Part shown: piece after piece, positions 14,503 through 28,964 of the stretch
Position numbering within the stretch: the stretch's first letter is position 1
How the letters are laid out: each line of letters starts with the position of its first letter
Origin: Octopus vulgaris
Lineage: Eukaryota
Assembly (NCBI GenBank): GCA_951406725.2
Contig: OX597814.1
Coordinates: 64,418,001-64,482,000 of the forward strand
DNA: 64,000 nt
Direction: 5' to 3'
Translations under genes and position numbers: made by a program
Notes under the pieces: model-generated
The model's input: the letters and a program-made list of their open reading frames with translations, nothing else
Told to the model about the DNA's origin: nothing
Databases searched by the model: none

Positions 14503-16460
14503 ATATATATGAAATAATATAGTTTAATATAATATAATATAATATAAATGCATACACAATGTATTATTTTAATGTATATAGGAAATCGGTGGAAAGTTGT
14601 TTAGATGAAATGTATACAACAGCTTGCTTTTCTGTCAAGTGAGTGTCAAGTGAGTACAGATAAATAAGTATATTTTATTGACAGTATATTAATTCAAAAT
14701 ACACGATTGGTTTTTAATTGTATGAATAGGAATCGATTTCTTCTCAATGTTTAGCTAGATAACATGTGTACGAAGTGTTACTGTTTTTTTTTTATATATT
14801 ACAAAACGCTTTATGAACGATTTTCCTTAATCACAATGTTACATGGAAAAGGAATTGGGGCGCACGGTTGTAAAATACTGTCAATGCATTTGTTGTGATG
14901 TAAACCAGAATGCGGCTATGTCAGTACAATTTAGAAGTTTACTTCGGAATTTCACGGTACGGTTCAGGGTTTAATAACACTAGGTAGGAACATGGGCAAA
15001 TATTTTCTAACATAGAACTGGGTTGCCCAAGGTCTAGTGAATGTAGTTTAGTAGATAATAACTGTGGGTAAGCTAGTCGCATGTGTGGGTAAGCTAATTA
15101 TATGTGCAGACTATCGGATATAGTTAAACACCGCGGGTCACAATGCGTTCCCTCGCATTGTGATTATGCAAACTTTCGATTATGCGAGATAGAGAGAGCT
15201 GAAGAGATAGAAGGAAAGAAAGAAAGAAAGAAAGAAAGAGAGTGGAGAGGAAGGGAGAGAGAGAGAGAGAGAGATAGCTGGATAGATAGATAGACAGACA
15301 GACAGATCTTCTTCGTGGTATCCGACTGGCTAAAAATATCAGCTGAGTTTCCCTCAAATTACCCCATACTGTAGGGTGAATTGCACCGTTCCGGATGTGC
15401 AAAGAGAATGGATGCTCACAGTTGGCACTGTGTTTGATCTTACGTCAACTCAATTACAGTAGACCAAATCTAAGCAAAAAATAAATCACCAAGGCACACA
15501 TAAAACACACACACACACACACAGAGCTATGTCACATTAGAGAATCTACAACAAACAACACCTGACCAAAAAATACCAACATTATACACACCTTAAAATA
15601 TGAACTCACCAGACAATATACCACGTATAACCAAACCATACACTAACAACCACAATACGCAACTGCAATACACAACAAAATACAATGAAAATCATAACTT
15701 AAGCCAAAACATAATTTACAAACATGCAAACCTGTTGAGAGAAAAATTGAGAAATTGTCAGCATATAAACTAAACTGTGACAAGTTGGTTCGTTTTTGAT
15801 TTGTTTGGAGAATTAGGCGACACTAAATACCATACTTTTTAAGCGTGTGGTCATCTTTATCACCGTTTTCATTTGATTGTTTTTCGTCACTTCGTTTTCT
15901 TCATCGTGACATATTGTCAGCATATCTTTCAATGTTTCCTCTTTCGTTTTCCCGTTTTCGTTTTTTTTTTTTTTTGGTGACTATTCATTCTATTTTTTTC
16001 TATATATTTCCCATCTCAATTTTCTATTCAACAATGAAATTACAGAGGTTATGAAAAAGAAAGGGAAACACCGCCCCCTCCTAAAAAAAAAACAAATAAA
16101 TGAAACCCATACAAAATAGTAAAATAAATAAATGAATAAATAAGAAGGAAAATTTTGTCACAAAATACGTTTGACACCAGTAACATAAACGAGGGCAATT
16201 CCGAAATGAATTTTACCAAGATTGAAACAAGATCTTTATTGAAATTTGAAGGAGAGTTGGAGTAGCGGGTGCGAGGAGAATGAGACATGTCAGTCTGCAT
16301 TAGAGGGAGAAAAAGAAAGAAAAGAAAACAACGAAAATTACAAAGAAGAAAAAAAAGAAACAGGGAGGGCTTGACAAAAAGTATAAACAAACAAAACAAC
16401 CTTGTGATTGTGCGGGAGCGAGCAAGCGAAAACGGGCCGAAGTGTGTATGTGCGAGTGTG

Positions 16461-16548
<88 letters not shown>

Positions 16549-16841
16549 GCGTGTGTGTGCAACAGAGAGGAAGAGAAAGCGGGAGAGTAAAAACACTTTG
16601 AGACAGAGTTAGACAGAGAACGAGAGCGATACGATACGAGAAGACGATAGTGTGGGAAACAAGTGGTGGTGGTGGTGGGGAAGTGAGAGTACAAGAGTAT
16701 AAAGCAACTAAAATAGAATAAAATAGATTTATAGCGGAAAAAGAAGGATAAAAATCTGTGTAAGTGTGGAAAGGCGGTGGTTAGGTGAGATTTTTTTTTA
16801 TTGAGAAAGTTGGTAGGGCGTTCTAAAGTCGCGAGGTAGGA

Positions 16842-16890
<49 letters not shown>

Positions 16891-17498
16891 GATATAAATA
16901 ATATATATATGCATATATACTTTATAATGTGCATATGTGGGTACAGGACGTCATGAAATGTGTACAACAAAAATATACGAAGTATGAGTACATGGAATAT
17001 GAACTCATTTTTCGAACAACGAAAGACACAAATGGGAAACAAGACAACCAACATAAAGAATGACCCTTCATCAGTTGCTTTCGATAAAACAGTTGCTCCC
17101 GCAAAGCAAATTAAACAAAATTTGGGATTTTGCGGAGAGTCAAAATTGGTAACACAAACAGGACAGTGAAAACAAACAGGAAGCCTAAACGAGGTTGTGG
17201 TAGCAAACGCGTAAATCAAGCTTGAACATGAGACAGACAAGAACACGTCTTCCTTGCTCCAGCCAAAACGGAGAGAAAGAAACAAGTTAGAAGAAAGAAG
17301 GATGGCCAATAGTGACGTGGGAGCCACGAGAGCAAAGGAGAAGTGAGGGAAAGAGAGTGACAGAGTAATAGGATAGAATAGTGGGAGAAGAGGAGGTAAA
17401 AGAATAAGAGAGAGACAGAGAGAAAAGCGAAAGAGTAAAAATATCGTATAGAGTGCGCATCAGAATTATTAAGATAAAATTTACTTGGAAGAGGATGC

Positions 17499-17690
<192 letters not shown>

Positions 17691-18058
17691 TGTGTGTATG
17701 TGTATGTATACATACATACATACACAAACACACTTGTGACTGTGCTTGTAAGGATAAAGAAAGAGATGCAATATAAGAAATGAGACGATGATGATGAGGA
17801 AGAGGAGGAAGATAATGGAGAGAGCTGCTTCAACGGCGATAGTAACGATGTCGATTATGTTGATGATATTAGTGGCTGTGTTTCTGGTGGTGTTGGTGGT
17901 AGAGGTCATAGTTGTATTGGCATTGTTGGTGATAGTGAAAAGGGGAAATAGAAACAAACAATTTGACACCTTCAATATTTGATTTCACGCTCTGTTGAGT
18001 TGCTGAATATCGACTAGAACAAACACCTGACATAGCAGAAATCCCTTCACCACTGAGG

Positions 18059-18061
18059 TTT

Positions 18062-18097
<36 letters not shown>

Positions 18098-18101
18098 TAT
18101 T

Positions 18102-18149
<48 letters not shown>
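18059..18149. repeat. (CTTT)n microsatellite
   Basis: Directly visible. Confidence 0.95.
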
Positions 18150-18329
18150 GCTTTTCTTTTCTTTTTACTTTGCGAAACTTCGATAAAACACGTTCATCAC
18201 AAGAAACGGGTTACACACACATACAAACGCACGTATATACATACATACATACATGCATACATGCACACTCATATATGTTTGTGTGTATATATGCGCATGT
18301 GTATGTGTATACATATATCATATATATAT

Positions 18330-18396
<67 letters not shown>

Positions 18397-20046
18397 CATA
18401 CATACATATTTTCATTCATACACGCGCACAAACATACGCATGAGTGCATAGATGCTCATACTTATTGTTAAAACTATTTTTATATGAATAAAAGTGTTGC
18501 TTAGTTAATAGAGGAAGGGGTGTGCTCATGACATCTGTAGGGTCGCTGCGACTGCTGGCGGTGGTAAATAGTAGGGTCAAAATCCATCACTCGTAGGTTC
18601 CTGTAATACGAAGCAAAGCAATCTATTCTTAGATCGGCAACTGGTACCGGATGCTTGTAAGAAAGTGGACTTCGTAGAAAGTACCTAAATGTCAGCCTCG
18701 TGATATTAAATCTTGCAATAGACTAGATGTACGTGATATGAAAACAGGCATAGATATTCACTCGGCTTTGGCGCGAAGCAAATGTGTGTTGTTGCAGAGA
18801 GGACGTGAGGACATAAGGAAAGTAAACTGTAATATCCCTGAGCTTCTACGCGATCACTTGTCAGGCTAGAAATGACAGAGAAATATCTTTGAAACCACGC
18901 ATCAGCGTCTTAAAGTAAGACAGATAGGAAGGATGTCCTTCTAGGTCAAAGATTCTTAACCTGGGCTGTAACGCTTCTTCAGAGACTTTGTGAGCTTACA
19001 AGTGGAGGATAAATGTCATCATGCTTAGAAGTGGGAATCGTAATTTTATTTATCATTTTTTAAATTTTATTTTATCTAGTTTTATCCTATTTTATCCTAT
19101 TTTATCTAGTTTCAGCTCACGAGCTGTGGCCATGAAATTAAACATTTGAATATGGTACAGTACATAGGTTTTAAAAACATTTTCAAAAGAATTTTTGCTG
19201 CATTTAGACGAGTTAATAGTACATTAAGGTAATACGGGCAGAAATGTGTCTGATCACGCACTAAACTTGAATATAATTCCATTACCGAAGCACTTAGATT
19301 CTTTAGTAATTTCTTCAAAAAATAAATTACATAGGGATACTAGTACATACAAATATCTAAAAAGAGAAACCTCCTACATGGTAATAAACCAATACACAAA
19401 AGTTGTCTGATCAAAACAATCCCTTATTTATATTCCTTTATTATTTCTTCTTTACAAAACATGATGACGGATATTGTAAAACTCCTTTCGCTGAATAACA
19501 GTCTCAAGTACACACTAGTCTCAATGAACTGTAACTTGAAAAAGAAATAGATACAAGAGGATTAGACATGCCTTTTGTGGTAGATTAGATTTGTTTCGAT
19601 CTGGGCTTATCTGAAGCAAAATACGAAAAATAACAAGAATTAAGAATACAACGAAAAATTCCGTATGGAGTAAAGATAGAATAGGTAATTAAAAAAATAA
19701 ATTATATTTTAGCTAAGATAACCACAATGCTATACATCGCAATGTGTGGGAAGGAGACATAGGCGATTAAATTGAGCTTAGTAATTGACTGTATATTATC
19801 GACACCATTAAAATGAAAGGTGGAGCTGAGCTAGTCATTTTGCATCATTCTCTACCGACTCTGCTAATCAACTGATTTTTTTAGAAAATAATTATCATTT
19901 GCAATATAGACACAACGTCCCAGCACTTGACTGTTTTATTTATTCGACTCCGGAAGGATGTATGTTAAAGTTGATCAAGGCGATATTCAAAGACAGAAGG
20001 TGAATTCTGTCCCATGACTACACTGACGCTGCTAATTTACTGACTA

Positions 20047-20247
<201 letters not shown>

Positions 20248-20870
20248 CATGTTCTTTGGTATAGGCATAAAATGGTGAAGTGGTTTGAGAAAGGAAAAAA
20301 AAAAAACAAATCGTAGCACGAAAGAGGATATACAATATTTTAGTAAGAAGAAATATAAACATACATGTGTGTATGTATGTGTGTACGCATATATTTATGT
20401 ATATGCACACGCGCGTGCACACACACACACACACATACATATACTCACACACGTACGAAATATAGCGAAACGAATATAGAAAAGTAGAACTGCAAAGAGA
20501 AATGAATCTAAATACATTTCAAGAGGCGGAAGGAAGTTAGATTCGAGAGGTTGAAAACGGAAGCTGAAAGTGGAGGCACAAGCAAATGTACACTATCAAA
20601 TACATGCGTGCTTACACTGCACAGACACGCACACACACACACTCACCTATTCATGCAGTATGTGTCTGTACGCGTGTGTATATCCACACACATGTACATA
20701 TATACATGAATTATTGCATATACCTATATACATACACGTGTTTACAGTTGCAGTTTGTGCTGGACTTGACATTTTATGCGGAACATTCAAAATAAGACAT
20801 CATACTAGTACACAATCATTGATGCTTTTGCTTTCGGTGTTCAATACCCGTTAAACTAGCAAATAAATAA

Positions 20871-20924
20871 CATGTAAGATTTACTAAGATTTTACTCATG
20901 TAAGATTTACTAAGATTTTACTCA
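20871..20924. repeat. Perfect 26-bp tandem duplication
   Basis: catgtaagatttactaagattttact x2. Confidence 0.9.
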
Positions 20925-21076
20925 ATTTGTTAACAAATTTTAAAATTTATTTTCTTTTTCCTTAGTAATAATGTAGATTTAGTAAATAAAGGTTCCTTAC
21001 TCCGCTGAATCATGTATACTACTGCACATTTGAGCATCAGAAACTCATGTAGCAGGTGTTCCGGGCAACCATTCCC

Positions 21077-21749
21077 GACCGCGAAATTTTTTCCCCCGAG
21101 AGTTCCGGACCCCAGTTATGAACTCATTTCCATGCAGCCAATCAGAGCTCAACTATCAAACTAGTGTCCACCCAGTCACGAAAATACTCTGGTTGAGTTC
21201 AGTGGAAAATGTTCGTTATAACAAAATACAATTGTCCTAAAAGTGTTCATAGGGGTGGCAAATGTGAAATTTAGTGTATAAAGTGAATGGAGAGCTGCTC
21301 ACCGATGATGCCATAAGTGTTGCCAACTTGCGTAATTTATTAGAAAACGTAAATGAGTGTAGTTTCTTAATTTTTTAACTGATTTTGTATATTCCTAATT
21401 GTTGATCTGCAAACATCGTAATCAATATGGCGTTGTGTTGTACTGCGTCCTCCTTGCACATATCAAAGGGTACATGCAGTATCACAAATCTCAGTTTGAA
21501 AATAGGTACCTAATATTAGCTCCATATAGAGATGGTGCTCAATTGATCTACGAGGATGGGGGTGGGGAATGTGGTGAGACCTGCTATGGTGTATTAACAA
21601 AGTGGCATACACCATTCTATACCTGACTGGCTGTACTCTAGTAGTACACAATATGTGGATTTTTCAAGGTGAGCTCTGATTCGCTGTATGCAAATGAGTT
21701 CATTACTAGGGACCGGAACTCTCGTGGGAAAATATTTCGCCTCTCGGTC
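21077..21749. mobile_element. Probable non-autonomous DNA element with ~75-bp terminal inverted repeats
   Basis: 21077-21151 (gcgaaattttttcccccgagagttccggaccccagttatgaactcatttccatgcagccaatcagagctc) is the near-perfect reverse complement of 21670-21749. Confidence 0.7.
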
Positions 21750-21804
21750 ATTCGTTGTAGTAACAAATTTAACCGACAGTAGTTCCTTTACGAAGTGTAA
21801 GATA

Positions 21805-22013
21805 TACGAAGGAATGCTGAGAAGTTCCCGGCTTTAAGGGTATCGCTAAAGGTCTGGCTGGAGGCCAAGCCTTCCGAGTTCTCTTATAAAGGTTAAGACA
21901 ACTGAAGGACTTCTGCAATAAGTGTGTGAATCTGAGAGGAATATGTCGAATAATATCATAATTAACTGATCCTCTAGTATTTTCTTTTGCCCAAAATCAG
22001 GGACTGTATCATA
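21805..22013 (+). mobile_element. Mariner-derived non-autonomous element (MITE)
   Basis: TA-cgaaggaatgctgagaagttcccggct terminus. The internal sequence reads LKDFCNKCVNLRG, resembling the C-terminal end of mariner transposases. An inverted homolog lies at 57049-57234. Confidence 0.65.
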
Positions 22014-22721
22014 CTTTGCGGCCTTAAAGTTTAAAGGTAGAATCTGAAAAGAATAAGACGGGTAGTTATGACTGGAAGACTTTTGACCATCGGTTTACTT
22101 GATTAGGGTTGACTTGTGAATTAACAACAACAACAACAACAACAACAACAGTGCAGAAGCAGTGGCAACAGCAGCAGTAGCCACAGCAACATCAATAGCA
22201 ACAATGTTTAACGGATCCAATTTCAACTTGTTGTTCATAATACTGAAAGCCAAAATAAAATATTTTTGAAGTTAAATTCAGATGTTAAGATATATAACTG
22301 TGAACCATAAAGCTCTTCTTCGGCGCTCTAGAGGCGGTCGAATGTAGCCGCTTGTTGATATTGGCGTTGTTTGTTTGGCCAGAGACCAGCTCTGTTACAG
22401 ACAGACCAATGACCAAAGACGTTCTATCCATGGCTAGCCCGTTAATTTAATTTAATTTAATTTTGCATGTCCCGAATCGTATTAGCTTGAGCATCATTTT
22501 CTTTTTTTACGATAACACGACTGTCGTTTTATCTAACAAAACATGCGACCACGTAGAGGTTCTCACATTGATTCACATGACAGCATATACCATACATGGC
22601 TATATGGTATGGTTGCTCTCGAATTAACCGATTATGCTCTGTTATTCTACATACGAAATATGACAAAATGAATCAATAAATGAATGAATAAATCAATCAC
22701 ATTGCAATATTATGTGTTTCA

Positions 22722-22890
22722 AAGGCGGCGTGCTGGCAGAATCCTTACTGCGCCGGTCAAAATGCTTTGCGTCATTTCGTCCGTTTTTACGCTCTAAGTT
22801 CAGATTCTGATGAGGTCGACTTTGGCTTTCAGCCTTTCGGAATCGATAAAATAGGTACCGGCTGCTAGCCTCGTACTAAAATTTGAAACC
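22722..22890 (+). mobile_element. Family A SINE
   Basis: ggcggcgtgctggcagaatc...gaggtcgactttggctttcagcctttcggaatcgataaaataggtacc. Confidence 0.8.
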
Positions 22891-23231
22891 GATATGTGTT
22901 TCTACCATTTTGATACAATACCTTATGTGCTTGATAGGGTTTGCAAAAATTATGGGTATTCCATCATTCGACTAACTAAAATAGAAAATACTTTTATCAC
23001 TTAGTCTGGAGAGAAAATAGTGCGCGTTATGCTAGGTCTACGATGCAAGTGAGCAGGCGAAAGGAAGGTATACTAAAACCGGAAGCTCGACGCCAATGTT
23101 TGCAAGATAGAGGTCTCTGCTGAAAGTACCAAATAGGCTAAGACGAGAGTTAAACAAAAAAAAAAAAGAAAGAAAGAAACTGTAAAGCAACTGATGCAAC
23201 ACTCTAAAGATATCGCCTGTCTGCTGCGCTG

Positions 23232-23375
23232 GACTGGTACTTTAATTAAAGTCTCCAGGAAGATGAGATATAAAGTGGACTTCGGTGAGATTTGAACGCA
23301 GAACACAAGCATTCAAAATTATTATCGCAGAGCATTTCATTCGACGCTGTGATGATTCAGTCAGTTTGCTACCTA
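23232..23375 (-). mobile_element. Degenerate family A SINE
   Basis: gactggtactttaatt...aaagtggacttcggtgagatttgaacgcagaac...gcatttcattcgacgctg. Confidence 0.55.
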
Positions 23376-24045
23376 AACCGAAATATGAAATGTTTACATT
23401 GTTTTTACTTTTCATCATTGTTGGCATTCGTCGATGCTTGATTTTCCCACTTGTGTGGCTTTGATATTAGAAATGAAAAGCGTGGTTTATTTCTTTATAT
23501 TTCTTAAGAGTAACCACATTACTGATAATAAAGTAACATGAAGTCTCTTCAATTAGGAATCGAAAACTTGGTCAGTCGACGTTGTATATAAAAGCTTGTA
23601 GTCAAGCTCTCTAGCAGCTGCTTACGAATGCAACATTCAAGGAAGTTATAACAGCTGGCCACTTGTCCTCTCCACATCGGTCAGTGAAACAAAGTAGAAC
23701 CAGCTCGTTGTCAAGTTTCTACTGACCTCGATACGACCATATTATCTATCCGGTGCCACTCTGTGAGTCATGTTTCAGAATTGCCGCGTAAACACAAAAT
23801 CTGACAAAGAAGTGAAGAAACAAAGCAAGAAGGAAGGAAACAAAGAAAGGATGAATGACAGACAAATCCACCTATGTCAAGATTTTATCATTAAAGATTT
23901 GCCCTCACTTAATCTGACACACCATCATTGATAAGAGACTTCATGGACATTTTACATCCTGGTACAACGCACTGCCCTACCATTCTTTTTCATACTCTCA
24001 GTCCCACTCACACGTCATTTGCAACCATTTTGATCTGTCTGCCTG

Positions 24046-24099
<54 letters not shown>

Positions 24100-24579
24100 C
24101 TTTGCTTCTCTCCGTGTGTTTAGCGAAGAGTAGACAACTCAGAATAAGGTAGAATGAAGTTTATCTTTGATAGTTATCAGGGTAGGTAATAACACGACAA
24201 ATATTGTTTTATAATTTTTACATAACGTCTCCGTAAGACATCGATCTCCTGACAACCGGATCACACTCATTTACTCATTTAAGTTGCCATCTCATGCGCA
24301 ACATATTCTAGGTAGCCATCCTGCATCGTCGTTTCAGAAGGTTCCAGTATATCTATTGATAATAAGTTGAATCAAAATCCATTAATCACCCTACAATTTT
24401 AATGAAGTGTAGTCAACCTCGAAATAAGCTACTGGCTTATTAAAATCCGTAATGAATTTTATAGCATTTAAGCATTGGGTGCATTTACACTAAAGATAAA
24501 AAAATAGTCACGAATTAAGAGAGTGTGCTCATAGGTTAACTTTATTAGGAATGACTTTGAGCAAAACAATATTCATTTT

Positions 24580-24772
24580 AATTTCAGCACAAAGTCAGCA
24601 GCATTTGGGGCAGTGGGTAAGTTGATAACATAGACCTCAGGGCTCAACCGGAACTTATTTTATCGACCTCGAAAGGATGAAAGGCAAAATCGATTTCGGC
24701 GGCATTTGAACTCAGAACGCAAAGACGAACGAATTACCTCTAAGCATTTTACCTGGCGAGGTAGCAATTCTG
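24580..24772 (-). mobile_element. Family A SINE
   Basis: acttattttatcgacctcgaaaggatgaaaggcaaaatcgatttcggcggcatttgaactcagaacg. Confidence 0.8.
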
Positions 24773-25689
24773 AAGGGTAAAACAATATTAACAATTACAA
24801 AGCTGACACATAAATATGTTACCATATTTTGCTGATCTCAAAATAGATTAAATATACATGTGTGTATAGATGTGTGTATGTGTGTGTTTGCGCGTGTGTG
24901 TGTGTGTGTGGGGGGGGCTCGTGTATGAGTGTGTGTGTTCGTGTGAATGTGTGTACGATGAAGGAAATCATTCAATAAAAAGTTAATCTTTAACATCTTT
25001 GTCTATTGTCCGACACGCAGACTCAGTTACAGGTCATTGACTTATCTCATTTTCATATCCCGAGACAAATACACAAATACACATAGACATATATACACAT
25101 TCACATACTACACTTACACATACACATACATAAACATGCATACGTACACACATATACACGTATACACGTGTACATACACACACATACATACATACATACA
25201 TACATACATACATACATACATACATACATACATACATACATGCATGCATGCATGCATGCATACATACATACATACATGCATACATACATACATACATACA
25301 TACATACATGCATGCATGCATACATAAACACATCGACATGCCCATCGGTGTTCTTTGACCAATTCCACCTGGAGTGTAACACGTTACTTCTTCCTTGTTT
25401 CAAGTTTCGTTTCCTGCTATTGTTGTTTTTAATGTCATTGTTTCTTTGGAAGTATTTATTCTAAGTAGGCTGAGGTTAATGGTAATGTGTATAGTCATGG
25501 ATTATGGTATTTATAATCATTTCCTCATTGTTATTCTTCCCTTTTCCCCATTTCATCCTTTGATACTTAATCTGTTTAGATTAGATTTACAGGCATACAC
25601 ACGCGCGTGTACGCTCACACACACACACACACACACTCACACACATGTGCACACACACGCTGTCGTTGTTTGTGTCTCATAGCTTAGAA

Positions 25690-25832
25690 TAGGCATGAGC
25701 AACCTTTTACCAGAAGCAGTCGCCCGAGACATGTCTCATCATCAGGAGAAACGTGCGAATAATATATTCAAGTGATTTTTCGTTAGAAGTGCTATTTTGA
25801 ATGTTTCGCGGGCCATAGCTTGCGAATGACTG
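25690..25832. mobile_element. Short hAT-type MITE (143 bp) with an 8-bp TSD
   Basis: Identical GCTTAGAA at 25682-25689 and 25833-25840; imperfect TIRs taggcatgagcaac / cttgcgaatgactg; subterminal cgcgggcc motif typical of hAT-Charlie MITEs. Confidence 0.7.
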
Positions 25833-26849
25833 GCTTAGAATTTCGATATATAGATATCAACAAAATAAGTTCAAGACTTAAAAATACTCTTCGGGGATCA
25901 CATTAGCGTCATTAGGTGGGAGACTAAACCAGGACGTTTTCATTAGGGCAGCAATTTCGGGTATGTTTTTGTAAGGCTGTAAAGGCTTCGTGGGCCTTGA
26001 GTGATGAGAATTGACACACTGAAGATCTGCTCGGGGCGGGAGACACCATATCTATACCACTGCGGGTTAGTAGAGATCTTTGAAGGCGCAGGGTGCTACA
26101 GCACGGGGACAGTTCAATAACTGAAACTAGAAAAATAATGAATAATTACTTTCATTCACACATCCATCAATCCATCATCCACTTATACATATATAAATGT
26201 ATATACACCTTTGTATATATATACACTCCCTATGCACAAACATACAGATATATAAAAGACTATTCACAGACATACACATATATCATTATCATTATATCTA
26301 TCTCTGGGAGAAGACGTACAGTGCACAATGCTCAGAGCATTTCGTGTACACGTGAAATGATTTACTGATCGTTAGTCTGGAATCTTTTCTATGTTTATCG
26401 TCCTCGTGATTCTCGATTTAATAGTTGATCGAAACTATTACCTAAAGTTTCCTAGTTACCCAGAACTAGAACCGCGTACACACCAGATCATCCAGGCATG
26501 TAACCAGTTATAAACCGACCTTCTATACGAGAAGAGATTTATATCAGTTTAGCGCCAACAAACCAGAACTAATCACCGTCTATTAAAAGAGCTTTATGGC
26601 TTAAGCGGTATTTCATTTTGACGTAGCCCTTTCAGTCTGAAGTGGGTAGGCGTAAGAGGTAGAAGGTCGGCAAATTAATGATAAATTGTTAAAATGTTGA
26701 TTTGTTCTATTTACTTGATAGACTGGATCGGGTCACAAATTAAAGTGAGGCAAAGAGAGAGGGGGAGCGTTTGTATGTACGAGACAGGGTGATAGATAGG
26801 CAGATTGACTGAAAGATAGATAGATAGACAGACAAAGAGACAGACAGAC

Positions 26850-26887
<38 letters not shown>

Positions 26888-27753
26888 GATAGATAGATAG
26901 ATAGATAGACAGGAACAATGAGGGTTCAATACGAAATAAAGAACATTAAACTACATATAATCCTGAAAGTATTTTAGTATTTTTCGAATACAAGAGAGCG
27001 AACACACCCACACACACGCACACACACATACACACACACACACATACACGCACACACGCACGCACGCACGCATACACACCACACACCCTTTTTTCGAACA
27101 GTGTAACTCGGAGCAGATAAATTATTTCATGCTCACTCGCAGTTTTTTTTGCTATGATATCAACGATGTGTGTGTGTGTGTCGATCTACAAATAGATAAA
27201 CAGATTGAGATATGTACGTGTGTATGTATGTATGTATGTATGTATGTATGTATGTATGTATGTATGTATGTATGTATGTATGTATGTATGTATGTATGTA
27301 TGTATGTATATATGATTGTATGCATGTGTGTATGTATATATATATGTTTATATGTATGCATATCTGTATATGTGTTAATAATATTTTTTATTATCTGTTT
27401 TTGCCTTGTATTGTGTGATTCATTGTGATGATATTGCCTACAAGTGGTCACATTTCAAAAAGTTCTGTTGTGTCGCAATGTGAAACAAATAGCATAGTCA
27501 GGCGAAATATTAAGTACATTCAATCGCACTCCAACGGCAAATAAAACTGAAAATTAAAGGCAGACAAAAGTATATACAAGCAAATAACAAAATATATGAT
27601 AAAAGAAAGGTTCCAAGTCTGGAGAATATCAAAATGTGACACTTCTAGTTTTGCAGCTGTTTTATCACCTGTGGATAAATTATATCGACATGGATACACA
27701 CACACGCACACATAAAATACAGTTAAATACGTATATACATAATGCATATATAA

Positions 27754-27754
<1 letters not shown>

Positions 27755-27840
<86 letters not shown>
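27755..27840. repeat. (CA)n microsatellite
   Basis: Directly visible. Confidence 0.97.
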
Positions 27841-27850
<10 letters not shown>

Positions 27851-28159
27851 CACGCGCACACATATGCTTATATGCGCATGTGACTGCATCTAAGTGTGTG
27901 TGCGTGACTGTATGTTTCTACGGCACTGAAAATGTCAAAATAATAAGCTAGTGTCAACCGGAAGTAAGTTAGCCTTTCCTCAATTTTTTGTCTTCCATGT
28001 CTTGTGACATTTCATTCCGATCTTTCTTCGTTTTCTTTGGCAGCTAGCATCTTACCTGCTTTTCTTATCTTTTAAGCACATCTTGCACACCATCTTTCCA
28101 TCTAATCGCCGTATATTTATATATGACGGTTTGATGTATTTGTATGTATCTGTGGTGTG

Positions 28160-28220
<61 letters not shown>

Positions 28221-28268
28221 TTTTATATGTTTCAGCCTTGAGGTTGCAGTCATGCTGTGGCACCGCCA

Positions 28269-28316
<48 letters not shown>

Positions 28317-28528
28317 AGGGAGAGGGAGAGAGAGAGAGAGAGCAATAAGAAAATGGAGGGGATCAATAGGTGGTTCATCAACTTTTAGATATTATATTAT
28401 GTCAACTTATTTATTTATTTACTAAACTGACAATTACAAGAATATACATATATGTATAACATATTATGCTTTACATATAAGATATAAAATATACATATAT
28501 ATATATGCATGTATCTATATATGTATGC

Positions 28529-28624
<96 letters not shown>

Positions 28625-28680
28625 AAAAATATGATTTTTTTCTCTCTGTCTTCCCTTCTCTGGATCTTTCCTTCTCCTAT

Positions 28681-28715
28681 GTTTCCGACGAAGAGCTCCG
28701 CTCGAAACGTTAAAC
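28681..28715 (+). ncRNA. Minimal type-I hammerhead-ribozyme-like motif (Penelope-like element type), core variant
   Basis: GTTT-CCGACGA-A-GAGC-tcc-GCTC-GAAA-CG-TT-AAAC: stem I GTTT/AAAC, stem II GAGC/GCTC, palindromic AACGTT stem III. Core U4 is replaced by C. Confidence 0.5.
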
Positions 28716-28875
28716 CCTCCTTCTTTCCTTCTTTCCTGAGCGTCCAATAATTCTATATTTGATCCACGCCCTCGGGTTGTTGTGTTTTTCTGTGTTTTCT
28801 TGTTTGGATTAACTATATATATATCTATATATATATATATATAGATATATATATGTGAGACTGTGAGTGTATATA

Positions 28876-28964
<89 letters not shown>

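Noticed and set aside
16338-17327. 329-aa minus-strand ORF, the longest in the track
   Set aside because: Non-ATG start, crosses (TA)n and (CA)n arrays, has the F/L/S bias of a pyrimidine-rich strand, and shows no recognisable domain
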